From Chrysomallon squamiferum (lineage: Eukaryota; Animalia; Mollusca), in NCBI GenBank assembly GCA_012295275.1, contig CM022678.1, positions 1,364,001-1,428,000 of the forward strand: a DNA stretch of 64,000 nucleotides. The letters run 5' to 3'. Below, piece by piece: positions 1 to 25,251 of the stretch. Below the pieces are notes generated by a model. It ran no database searches. It saw only the letters and a list, made by a program, of their open reading frames with translations, and was not told the DNA's origin. The translations under genes were made by a program, and so were the position numbers. Each line of letters opens with the position of its first letter. Position 1 is the stretch's first letter.

Positions 1-18
1 TTTTTATCTCATTTTTAC

Positions 19-3000
19 CTCAATGACAGCCTGGGGTGCCTCTTCACACATGTATCTGATAGCATCCTGGTCTCCCAGCCAGTCAGAACCTTTCACTGTG
101 TCGTAGAAGTGCCAGTGCCAGTCATCAGGCTCCATGTTACCAAGGGCTGCGTTGATACCACCCTGTGACACAAATTATATAAAACTATGATACCACTTTA
201 CCAAGGGTCATAAATTATATAAAACTATGATACCACCCTGTCCACAAATTATATAAAACTATGATACCACCCTGTCCACAAATTATATAAAACTATGATA
301 CCACCCTGTCCACAAATTATATAAAACTATGATACCACCCTGTCCACAAATTATATAAAACTATGATACCATCCCTGTCAAATTATATAAAACTATGAAA
401 TTATATAAAAAAACTATGATACCACCCTGTCCACAAATTATATAAAACTATATAAAACTATATATACCCACCCTGTCCACAAATTATATAAAACTATGAT
501 ACCACAAAATTATATAAAACTATGATACCACCCTGTCCACAAATTATATAAAACTATGATACCACCCTGTCCACAAATTATATAAAACTATGATACCACC
601 CTGTCCACAAATTATATAAAACAATCAACTATGATACCACCCTGTCCACAAATTATATAAAACTATGATACCACCCTGTCCACAAATTATATAAAACTAT
701 GATACCACCCTGTCCACAAATTATATAAAACTATGATACCACCCTGTCCACAAATTATATAAACCCTGTCCACAAATTATATAAAACTATGATACCACCC
801 TGTCCACAAATTATATAAAACTATGATACCACCCTGTCCACAAATTATATAAAACTATCATACAAATTATATAAAACTATGATACCACCCTGTCCACAAA
901 TTATATAAAACTATGATACCACCCTTGTCATAAATTATATAAAACTATCATACAAATTATATAAAACTATGATACCACCCTGTCCACAAATTATATAAAA
1001 CTATGATACCACCCTGTCCACAAATTATATAAAACTATGATACCACCCTGTCCACAAATTATATAAAACTATGATACCACCCTGTCACTCAAATTATATA
1101 AAACTATGATACCACCCTGTGACACAAATTATATAAAACTATGATACCACCCTGTCACACAAATTATATAAAACTATGATACCACCCTGTGACACAAATT
1201 ATATAAAACTATGATACCACCCTGTCACACAAATTATATAAAACTATGATACCACCCTGTGACACAAATTATATAAAACTATGATACCACCCTGTGACAC
1301 AAATTATATAAAACTATGATACCATCCTGTCACACAAATTATATAAAACTATGATACCATCCTGTCACACAAATTATATAAAACTATGATACCACCCTGT
1401 GACACAAATTATATAAAACAATGATACCACCCTGTGACACAAATTATATAAAACTATGATACCACCCTGTGACACAAATTATATAAAACTATGATACCAC
1501 CCTGTGACACAAATGATATAAAACTATCATACAAATTATATAAAACTATGATACCACCCTGTGACACAAATTATATAAAACTATGATACCACCCTGTGAC
1601 ACAAATTATATAAAACAATGATACCACCCTGTGACACAAATTATATAAAACTATCATACAAATTATATAAAACTAATTAAATAAGAAAGCTAAGTTTTAA
1701 AACAATTTGATTGTACTGGTAATGTTAGCTAAATCAAAATGACCCCCCCCAAAAAAGGGTTTAAAATATAGTTTTTAAATATATGGTAAATATTACACAA
1801 ACAATGAAAATATTTTGATATAAAAAAAAAAAAAAAAAAAAAAATGAAAATAAAATAAAAACAACAATAAAAAGTCCTTCATCAAAGTTATCTGGCAGTA
1901 TTCCAAAAATTAGTATATATACAAATTTCTGAGCATAAAAATATAATAACAAATAAATTAAAAAATTAAAAATTAAATAATAATAATAATAATAATAAAA
2001 CAATTCTAAAATTATTCTAGAAAATGTAACAGATGTAAAATTATTAAAAAAAAAAAAAAAAAAAATTATCTAAAGATAATTACAGCTGTTGCATATGCTA
2101 GTGTGTGTGTGTGTGTGTGTCTTTACATATATGGCAAGTGAAGCAGTTTTTTTTTTAATTCTTTACCTGTGCTGCCACAGTATGTGAACGAGTTGGGAAC
2201 AGTTTTGTAACGCAGAGCCGTTTTGAAGCCATCGTTAGCCAATCCAAATGCTGCTCTCAACCCAGCTCCTCCTGCACCAACTACAACAGCATCATAGGTG
2301 TGATCGATGACTGGGTAGTCACGAGAGATCTAGGAATAAAAAATTAATAAACTGTGAAGAGCAACAAACAAAAAAAAAAAAAAAAGATTTGTGTGAGTAA
2401 CAGAAATTTAAAAAAAAATGTAAATATTAATTAGGTCAGTTTTAATTACACACCACAAAATATATAAAAATACTTTTTCTAATAATACCTCTTTTTTTTT
2501 AATGTAGTGGAAAGATGAGAAAAATTTAAAAATTTAAAAAATTAGTATTAATTGTTAAAAAATTATATAATCTTTGTTTGAAGTTTTATTATTAACATCA
2601 TTTTAATTTTTATTTATTACTATTAACAATATCATTATAATAATAACAATAGTAATAATTATTATTACTAAATTAACATATTTGTATAACATATAATATA
2701 TTTGTAAATTTGATAAAATTACCTTAGCAGAGGTTGACACTTTTGCGTCTGCATTTCGTCCATGAATCTGAAACTGGAACTGTCTGGTTGTGGTTGCCAA
2801 TGGCTTCACAAGGTTACCTAGCTAAAATAAATAAAAACAAAATAAAAACAGAGGCTTCCTACTGTAACTGAATATTTGTAATAAAACAAAGTATTTATTT
2901 TAAAAGTATATTATTAGACATACCTTTACAACAAAATTAACAGTGAAATATCGAAAAAAATAAAAATTTACATTATCCTAGTTTTCTAAATGATTTTTAT

Positions 3001-3804
3001 GCTGAAGAAAAATATTTTATTTTATATTAACACTTAAAGTACATTAAAAATAATAAAATTTATATGATCTTCGTATCATAAATAATATCTAATGTCAAAA
3101 GTTGAATGTTTGTTAAAAGTATATTATAATTTATATTGTCTTTATTTTCTAAATTAAAATATTTATCATAATTTATACTATGCATTAAAAAATGTAACCT
3201 TAAATGGTTATTAATAAACCTATTTATTTATTTAAAAAATTAATTAAATAAATATTTAAAAAACATAAATATATAATGAATAATACATATTTCTTTTTAT
3301 ATATTAAATAATAATAATAAAAACTTAATAAAACATCTAGCCTTTTTCAAGGTGTTTTTTTTCTCTCCATATAACAATAACAAAATTAATAATGTAAAAC
3401 AATAAAACAAATAACAATTATTTAATAAATAAAAATTTAAATAATTAAATTAAAATTAACAAAATGCAACTACTTTTAAAAAAAATAAGAATTAACTTGA
3501 TCATATTCAAAAAAAAAAAAAAAAAATTATTAATTTTTTTTACCCTTTAGAAAGTGAAACACAATCAATTTGAAAAATAAAGTAACAGTCATAATTTTAT
3601 TTTTTAAATTAATAAAGTTCTTCAAAATACTTTTCTGTTACAAAGTACTACATCACTGTTTATTAAAATGTCATTTTGTTGTAGTACATTGTACGTTCTA
3701 AGTGTTTTCTTCTAAACACAAAAACATCTACAGGTAACTTGTGAAATAAACCTGAAAGAATTTAAATTTCATTGTCCGGTTATTTTATTATAAATTTAGT
3801 TTAA

Positions 3805-3853
<49 letters not shown>

Positions 3854-4453
3854 GGAAAAAAAAATAGTATTTGCTAAATTAATGTTTATTGTTCTCTATA
3901 AAATAACATTAACAATTGTACATTATTATTACAGTTTAAATGTTGTTAGCTAAAAACAAAAATTAAAAAATTAAAAACTAAATTAAATAAATTAATTAAA
4001 TAAAAAAAAAAAAAAAAAAAATGTTAAAAGCAGATAAAATTTGGTAATTTTCCACAACTTGAGCAAGCACGAGTAATCAGAAAAGACATTAATTTTAAAA
4101 GAAAATATTATATGATTTTAATACGTAACCCTGCAGATATGTTTATGCAGTAATTTAGCTGTGTTTTAAGTGCATAGTTTAATCATCTACCAATGCACTT
4201 AAAACGAAAGTGACACTGTTCAATCTATTGACTACTGAATTCGTAATGTTAAGTCTAAGGTCACATTATATGAACTAAAAACATGGGACAATGTGATCCG
4301 CAATATAACATACAGTGCAAACAAAAAAATAACTAACTGCCAAAGAAAAGTATAATCAGCAGTAAAAGCTAAAGTAGTTTTTAAAAGTAATACCAAATTC
4401 TTCAGTGCTGTCTTTGGTGCTATTTTTGCAGACACATTTAATAGAGAAGCCAT
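19..4453 (-). CDS. SDHA: Succinate dehydrogenase flavoprotein subunit, 5' part (exons 4453-4394, 2821-2723, 2329-2167, 162-19; gene continues beyond window start)
   Basis: The spliced translation gives a transit peptide ([20 protein letters not shown]...), then [30 protein letters not shown] (FAD-binding GxGxxG), [14 protein letters not shown]|[43 protein letters not shown] (covalent-FAD His motif). All junctions are GT-AG. Exon 3 has one extra base near 2215. Confidence 0.97.
153..1675. repeat. 34-35 bp minisatellite, ~44 copies (tgataccaccctgt[c/ga/ca]cacaaattatataaaacta), overlapping the SDHA intron 3 acceptor
   Basis: Direct tandem periodicity (e.g. unit starts at 229 and 263). On the minus strand each unit reads ...ACAG|GGTGGTATCA, identical to the real acceptor plus the first 10 exon bases. 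Confidence 0.97.
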
Positions 4454-4964
4454 CCTTCAGCCTACGGTCAAGGTGACTGTCGAACAGGAACCGGAAATCT
4501 CAGTGCGACCTTCACCTTAAAATCAAAACACTTGATAGATTTTACGCAGACGATGTTTTGAAATTTTATCGCGAAAGATAAAACTGACCAATTCTATTAT
4601 AGTGATAGCATTTAAACAAGTGATTCGTTTCTTTTTAAATATATTTTTAAAATTTCATCGGTTTCTTCATTTAAAAAACAGCAAAAACAACAAAAACAAA
4701 ATCATGATGTGTTTCATTTACTTAAAAAAAAAAAATAATAATAATAATAAAATTATCGATTTTCAGGAAATTACCTTATTTTGTTTTTCACCTTTTCTTT
4801 CTTTTTTCTTTCTTATTATTTATTTTATTTTATTTTAATTAGTGTGTACGTTTTTAAAATTTAGACTTACATCAATATAAAATATGGATTTTTCAAATAT
4901 TGTTTGAAATGAAAATAAACGCATTTTTACATAAATAATTAACTACTTTATTTATTTATTTTAG
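4454..4964. promoter_or_regulatory. Putative bidirectional promoter region between SDHA and the ankyrin-SOCS gene
   Basis: Divergent start codons about 0.5 kb apart, with a locally CpG-richer segment at 4455-4575. An acceptor at 4963-4964 implies an upstream non-coding exon of the + gene within this interval. Confidence 0.55.
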
Positions 4965-4969
4965 ATGGA

Positions 4970-6803
4970 ATGAATCCTGATGAAGTTCAGAGATTTCATG
5001 AAGTTATTTTGCACAATGATAAGGATAAAGTTATTGATATGTTGCAGGATGGAATGGATGTCAATGCAGATTTAAACTTCAAATCTCCTTTAGGTACGAA
5101 GTCAATAATAACAACAACAACAACAACAAAATTTAAATAAAGATTATTTATTTGACAAAGATTAGGTATAATGTTATTGTTTATATGTATAATACACAGG
5201 AACTGCAGTGGAATGTGAACACACAGAAATTGCCAGTCTGCTGATCAATCATGGGGCTGATGTAAACAAGGCAGACAAGTTTCTCAAGTTTCCTCTGATA
5301 ACAGCCAGTCAGAGTGGCAACTTGGATCTCATCAAAATGTTGCTGCGGGCTGGAGCAAATCACAAGCTGAAAAGACTAAATGGTAATTATTAAAAATATG
5401 TTTTAAAATTTATTATTTACAGACAGCCAAGTGTTAAAATGATTTTTTTGTATTTAATGAAAGAGTCAAGTTTGTTTCTGTCTTTCAGAGTTGATTATGT
5501 TTGAGGGAAATGTTCAGTTAAATATACATTCCACAATTTAAAAGTTAATTAATAATCTTTATTCTTCTTTTATTTTTTTTTTTTTTTTTTTTTTTGTTCA
5601 TATTTAATATATATATATATATGTTTTTGAGGATCAAAACATAGGGTGATTTTTTAGGAAATATTTGAAAATAAAAAAATTAAATGTATTAAAATAAAAT
5701 AAAATAAATATATTAATGTGTGTATGTGTGTGTGTGTGTGCGTGCATAAAAAAATTAATTTATTATTATTATTATTTATTTTATTTTGTTTTAAAAAACA
5801 ATTCTGGATCAGGTAACACACCGCTGCACGAAAGTGTCAGATGTGGTCACGTTGATGTTGTGTGTGAACTACTACAGAACGGCAGTGACATCAACCAAAC
5901 AAACAACGGCAAGGAAACAGCTCTCCACCTCGCCTGTCTGACTGGAAATATCAACACTGCCCAGGTGCAGAACACTCCACTGAAAACACAGCTAACACAA
6001 CACACTCAGTCAACACTGCCCAGGTGCAGAACACTCCACTGAAAACACAGCTAACACAACACACTCAGTCAACACTGCCCAGGTGCAGAACACTCCACTG
6101 AAAACACAGCTAACACAACACACTCAGTCATCCCAGGTGCAGAACATTCCATTTCAGTCAACACTGTGGTTCCACTGTTTCAACACTGCCCAGGTGCAGA
6201 ACACTCCACTGAAAACACAGCTAACACAACACACTCAGTCTTCTTAAAATATATCATCATATTATTTGTGTGTTTGTTTTCTACAACAGCAACAACAATA
6301 ATAATGATGATGATAATAATAATAATGATGATGATATTATTATTAATAATGATAATGATGAAAATAATGATAATAATAATTATGATGATAATAATAATAT
6401 TAATAATAATAATATTATTAATAATGATAATGATGATAATAATGATAATAATAATAGTAATATTAATAATAATAGTAATATTAATAATGACAGTGATAAT
6501 GAGAATAATAATACGAAGTGAATAATAATAATTATGATGATAATAATAATATTAATAATGATAATGATGATAATAATGATAATAATAATAGTAATATTAA
6601 TAATGACAATGATAATGAGAATAATAATTATTATTATTATTATGATTATTATTATTAGATTAAGAACTGCAGAAGATCACTCTTCAAGGAACACCACACA
6701 GACTAAAGAGGGTTCTCTCTGTCCAGTAATCACTGTTGATGCCTTAGGGTCATGTTTTGAATCCCACACTACAGGGACTGCAGTCAACAAACCCAATAAT
6801 CAC

Positions 6804-6836
<33 letters not shown>

Positions 6837-8202
6837 TATAATGTTTAACGATAATTACAGCAGTATAAATGTTGTAAATGTTAAAATATCAAATTAATGG
6901 CAGTTATAATCCTTTGTCTTTTTGGATAAAGAAAATAATTATAAAACAATCATGAATTGTTTAGAAGATTAAACATTATAATTTGTTAATTCCAGATGTT
7001 GATTGAGTATGGAGCTGATGTGAATGCAACTGTTGGCAAAGATGGAGTCTCGCCAATTCATCTCGCCACATTCCGCGGTTCAGTGGAAATTGTTGAGCTG
7101 TTGATAAACAACGGAGCCTCAGTTGATACCAGGAAGGGGGACGACTGCCGAACACCTTTACACATTGCAAGCATGAAAAACTGCATAGAGGTATTACAGA
7201 GACAGACACACATTCCAAACAGAAAAAGCTTCAAGTCACTAAAAAAAATATACATAAACATAACACACACAGACACAGCTATACATATAGTGATAGTAAA
7301 CAAGAAACAGAGAGGTAGTGAGCTGAGAGAGAGACAGACAGACAGACAGACAGAAAGATATAAAAATTGAGACTGAGAGAGGAGATGGACAGAGATTCAG
7401 CATTAACAATATATTTAGTTATTTTAGATTATAAAAGGTTGCTTGTGATTTCTTTTTCAAAAACTCTGTTATAACTGTTGAGGAGAGGTTAATTTTAATA
7501 CAGAATATTTCCATTCGTGTTTTGTACAAAATTGATCACCTGTGTTTATTTCTACAGGTAGCCAAACTGTTGCTGAAACACAACTGCCAAATCGATGCTC
7601 TTAGCATGAATCAAAATGAAGCCAAAACTCCGTTAATCAAAGCTGTCGAATTCGGCAACACCGGGATGATTGACTTGTTGATAGAAGCAGGAGCAGACGT
7701 AGATGTTGGTGATAACCATGGAGTTACCCCCCTTATTAGTGCAATCTTCAAATCCAATGCTGCTGTCGTTGTTCGACTGGTGCGTGCAAACTGCGACGTA
7801 GACAAACCCAGCAGAAACGGGCTGACGCCGTTGGAAGCAGCTGTTATGCGCAGTGAAATCAACGTAGTGAAAATTCTGTTAATAGCTGGTTGCAGAATAC
7901 GAAAGTGCGATCATCTGGAACTGGATAAACTAGAAAGTGAGAAACTGTCAGCAGAAGATAAGAAGGACATTTTGTCCTTTGTCGACAATCCTGCCAGTTT
8001 GATGCGACAGTGCAGGAAAGCTATTCTAAAAGCGTTGGGGTGTTTTCCACGTGACAGAATTAAAAATCTTCCACTGCCAGTGAATTTGAAGAAATACTTG
8101 ACGTTTCCTGAGTTTGAGGAGAAGAGGTTAGGTGCTTCTGAAACACAGGAGACTTGTGAGGAGAAGGAGAATGTACCCGGTGTGAGTAACGAAGATTTCT
8201 AA
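4970..8202 (+). CDS. Ankyrin repeat and SOCS box protein (ASB-like), ~432 aa; exons 4970-5093, 5200-5382, 5813-5964, 6996-7190, 7558-8202
   Basis: Phase-consistent GT-AG exons total 1299 nt. There are multiple ankyrin repeats (GNTPLHESV, KETALHLAC, GVSPIHLAT, RTPLHIAS, KTPLIKAV, GVTPLISAI, GLTPLEAAV) and a C-terminal SOCS box (PASLMRQCRKAILKALG...IKNLPLPVNLKKYL). Confidence 0.93.
5951..6240 (+). repeat. 59-bp tandem repeat (~4-5 copies) containing the ASB exon 3 donor site
   Basis: tcaacactgcccag|gtgcagaacactccactgaaaacacagctaacacaacacactcag starts at 5951, 6010, 6069 and ~6180, with a partial copy near 6130. Confidence 0.93.
6280..6660. repeat. Compound (AAT/GAT)n trinucleotide microsatellite
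   Basis: Direct reading; it explains the spurious poly-I/M/N/D ORFs. Confidence 0.9.
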
Positions 8203-8789
8203 CTGATAATCAAAATATACACTGCGAAAACATGTTCACATTTACATTTCTGTGTTTAATGTCAAAGATCAGAATAATTATGAATATATATCTACAATAT
8301 ATATATGTGTGTGTGTGTGTGTGTGCACACACACATGGCTATACTGTATTGATTTTATTTTGTGTTATTTACTTATATAACATAATTTATGTAGTTATAT
8401 TATTTTTCTTATTTTATTATATTATTATTGTTATTATCATTATTTTTTTATTTATTTTATTTTTTTTTTATTATTAATAATGTAAATTTTCATTATTACA
8501 AACTTATACAAAAATACATATTTAAGAATCAGGATACCACGGAATTCTGTGGTCAGTTTTAAACACATATTTATAAATATTTTATACATTTTAATTATGT
8601 ACATTTAATAACCTTAATGTGATAATGTGTGCAATATATTTAATATGCAATACTGTGTAATTGTGTGCCATAGTTGCTATACACTAAACAGTGTCCATAA
8701 ATGCCTTAAGATGTATGTGTTTTATCAGATATGAAATAATCTCTAAAATACAATGGAAAAGGGTTAAAAGAATTATATTATGCTTATCA

Positions 8790-8843
8790 AAATTTGCAAA
8801 TTAAAGTTTGCAAATCAAAGTTTGCAAATCAAAGTTTGCAAAA
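8790..8843. repeat. 14-bp tandem repeat (aaagtttgcaaatc) x~4 in the ASB 3' region
   Basis: Direct reading. Confidence 0.8.
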
Positions 8844-11441
8844 TATTTTTAAAAAAAAATTGTTTACTTATAAAACAATGTGTAAAACAGAACAGAAATG
8901 AATTATACTTAAATTAATCATTTGAACATTAATGATATTAATCAAAATTTTATGAACTAGTATGTTTATCACCAAAAGCATTTATGGGCACCATATATTT
9001 ACATTGAAGTGTCTGTTACAAACACATGGATGTTGTTTAAATGAGATCGATATGTTTATTATGGAGGTAAAGATTTTATCATGCAAGTCAAGTCTTTCAC
9101 ATGTATTTAAATGCTTCCTGCAATATGTTAGGACACAGTCTTTCAGACCTAGTTTTGGCATTTGTTGTTTTTTTGTACACTACTTGTTTTCTTAGAGAAA
9201 TAAAATATTTTTTGCTTCCTAATTGGTTATTTGTTTGGAAGATTATATAATGTTTTGAAATAAGAAAAAAAAAAATAAAAAAATAAAAACATTTAGTTAC
9301 CAAACATCATATTTATGAATATGTGTATGTATTGAAGCCTGTGTATATTAGTGTTTATACTTGTGCCAGTATGTATGTATGTAATGTATAAGTTTGGGTG
9401 TGTGAGGGTACACGTGTGTGTGTGTGTGTGTGTGTGTGTATGTACGTCACTGTTGTTCAGCTCATATGGAATATTTAGTACATTAACACTGATACAAACT
9501 GCATACATTCTGTATTGTGTCCAGTATATTAGTTTTAAATTACAGATCAACAAACACAAGATAGGTTACTTTTTCTCTTTATTTGTATATGTGTATATAT
9601 GACAGTATATCAATAAGAACTAAATCTGTTCTCCAAAATGTATATGATGTATAATATAATGTTACATGATCAACACACAAAACTTGTAACAAGTTTAGTA
9701 AAAATACATTCAGCACAAAACCTGATTAACACACATCAAACAGCAACTGACTTATAACATATATTCTGAACAATTAGAAAACCAGACACATACTTTGCTA
9801 ATAAACTGTATTAACATTGAATATATCAAATACTTAAATAACTTGGAGCATTTTGAATAATTTTAAGTTTTCACTATTATATAAAATACTTTAAAATATT
9901 TTTCTGTTTTTAATAAATTTTATATACTTTTTTTTTTTTTTTTTCTGGGTGTTTAATGTAGTTACACAGTCACTGCTAAGATTTAAAATTTTATCAGTAA
10001 CATTAAGTGACAACAATAATGTCATTTCATTTATTAGCAGCCATTGTGCCATACAGTCAATATTCATTACAAAAGAATTCCTAATATAAAATTCGTAACA
10101 TTAATTTTATTTTAATCTAAGTTACCTTTTCACCTAATTATATATTGCACCAACAAGAATTATTAGTAAGAGTGGAATAAAAACGATTAACAGTAATAAC
10201 ATAGGATACAAAAATTATTAATATATATTGTTTTAACTTGATTTGTCCTGATTATTCTATAATATATGGAGCACACATCTTTGCAACTGAATATTTTTGA
10301 AACAATTTGCCTCAATGTACAATTCAAAAAAAAAAATGCTTATGAACTTATGTTACTTTTTTTATGTTTAATCCTAAAAACATTTTTTTACCTATAATTA
10401 TTTTGTTTTCACATGCAAACAAATAACAATGATGAAACAAATTTAACCCCAGATAAAACATGATTTAGTAATTAAGTAAATAATGCTGGTGTCTTTATTT
10501 TTAGATAATCAATAACAAACAGTTAATTTCTTCTTAGATGATTATTAGATGAACAACAATCAAACTGTTCATTTTTAAACAAATATTTCTCTGAAATAAC
10601 GTATCAAACTATGTAAATACTGGTGTATTAAAACAACATAGAATAACATGTCATTAATAAAGTGTTAAAAATACCTGTAATAATGCACGAGGAAATATGT
10701 CTAATAAATGAATCAGAATGGTAAAATGGAATTGCTCTACAATAACAAATTAAAAGGCATTTCCAGCATGTCTCAAACAAACTGTTAAATGTATTCCACA
10801 TTAGCACTGGCTCAGTCTCTCAGTTATAAAACAAATGGTTTAAATTTTCTCATATTATGATGTATTTGTCAACTGCCTGTCCCATGCAATTTATTTATCA
10901 TACATTTATCATGAAACTACCATTTCAAAATGCACCAATCAAATGTTTGGGATTTGGGATTTTTGCTTCTGAACTGAACTAAAATTTACAAATAAACTCT
11001 CACCTAATCCAATGTTAAAGATGAAATTTAAATCCCCTTTCCTTTAGTTCATACTACATCTGTCAAATCAGTTACCTCAGCAAAAAATGTTAGAGACAAG
11101 CACTTTCTAAATAAAATAATTTTTCATTTTCATGCTCACAATTTAAATTAAATGTCAGTGTTTTTTCTTTAGTTCTAACAAAACTATTCAGCCAGTCTCA
11201 GAAATTCCTAACTGTATTTACTTCTGAAAATTCCTGGCTGACACAATGTCTGACTAAATATTTATCTCGAACTCAGATTATTAGAAACGTCAATGTCTGG
11301 AGACTCAGTCTTTTATGACGTTTGTCCTTAGACTGTCGGGATTTTATTTTTCTTTGGTGCCTGGAGGCTCAATCTTTTAGTTTTATTTCCTCCTTTGAGA
11401 CTCAGTCTTTTATTTACATTTGAGTACAATGAATAATAATG

Positions 11442-21770
<10,329 letters not shown>

Positions 21771-22044
21771 CGTCCTATGATCTTATTTTATCAGCGAACA
21801 AACCTGTCTTACAATTTGTCTTGGAGTTATCCCTCCTAAGTTATTTCTCAGACGTTTCCTCCATTCTGTTAAGGCATCAAACCTTTCATTTTCACAAAAC
21901 TAACAAATAATTTGAATTAATTAATTTCACTGTAGTAAATAGTCAGGTGAAATCTCTGTTGGCTAGATTGAACAGAACATGTGAAATATTATTCAAAGCA
22001 TATGATAAATTATTCTGACTTTTTTTTTTTTTAACTAATATGGC

Positions 22045-22078
<34 letters not shown>

Positions 22079-22300
22079 ATTATTATTATTATTATTATTA
22101 TTATTTTTTTAAGTCAAATTTAGTTTTGTTTAAAAGATGACACTAATTTCCTTGACTAATAAAACGTCATTTTATTACCAAAAATTAAGCCGGTTTAACA
22201 TTTAATTAAACAGGAAGAGAATTTGTTAAGCCGTGCATTAGCTCATCCGTTATGACGTTATAAGAAAAACTTGAAAAACGTCAGTTAGTGGAGATAAAAA
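21771..22300. promoter_or_regulatory. Putative bidirectional promoter region MCCC2/MORN2
   Basis: Divergent start codons; CRE-like tgacgtta and aacgtca motifs near 22250-22285. Confidence 0.45.
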
Positions 22301-23018
22301 TGAGTAAACCAAAACCCAGTAAGTACTGTTCTGTCAAAATGCTTTCTTTAATAATTATCAGAATTCATTTTATTAGTCTAGTAGTAGTAGCAGTTGTTGT
22401 TGTTGTTGTAGTAATATCATTATCAGCTTCTTTGTCGTCGTCGTCAACATTATCACCATTACTGCCACCATCGTCAGCATGAGGTGTATCGTTATTTTTT
22501 TCGACTTCTTTACATGTTGTTTCTTTGGGGTTTTTTAGTCGTATATAAAAAAGACTGTTTATGCAGATTATTTACATTTTTAAGTAACTATTAAATAAAA
22601 TAAATATGTAAATATTATTTTATATTTTATTTGTATTTAAGTTTACGACATCGATTCAGTTATTTATAAATACATTTTTATTCTAATATTATTATTATTT
22701 CATGCAATTGCATGAAAATAGAAATATGTATGACAACAAAAACATAAATGGAATGTTACTGAATTATCAAGCATAGTGTTGTATTTTTCAAATAAATAAA
22801 TAAACAAACAAATAAATAAATAAAGCTAATAAAAGATGCGCATCACATTGGAGGAATGTAAAGGAAAAAAGCCATATCGATAAATGATTTTGATTAATAT
22901 TCTTATTATCAGAATTATTTATTCTTAAAACTATTTATATTGTCCTTTATATCAAAGAAAATGAATATAATTTAGTTTTATAAGCGTTTAAAAATTTATA
23001 AATTTATAAGTGAACTCT

Positions 23019-23050
23019 GTCACCGTAGTTACTATTTACAAATGGCGGCG
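23019..23050 (+). promoter_or_regulatory. X-box-like (RFX) element GTCACCGTAGTTAC plus YY1-like AAATGGCGGC upstream of the proximal MORN2 start
   Basis: Imperfect match to the RFX palindrome GTTGCCATGGCAAC at 23019-23032 and a YY1 core at 23040-23049, about 90 nt upstream of the ATG at 23121. Confidence 0.5.
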
Positions 23051-23120
23051 CCCTATGTATCTACATAACGAACCTCTTGGACATTTCTTTATCTTCATAT
23101 TACATTAAGTTCAAAACAAA

Positions 23121-25251
<2,131 letters not shown>

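Noticed and set aside
153-1675. CRISPR-like array
   Set aside because: Units are head-to-tail with no unique spacers, lie in a eukaryotic intron, and have no cas genes nearby.
6166-6848. ORFs rich in I/M/N/D
   Set aside because: Translations of AAT/GAT microsatellites inside an ASB intron.
8535-8554. Inverted repeat accacggaattctgtggt as an iron-responsive or other regulatory hairpin
   Set aside because: A short palindrome with no CAGUGN loop; expected by chance.
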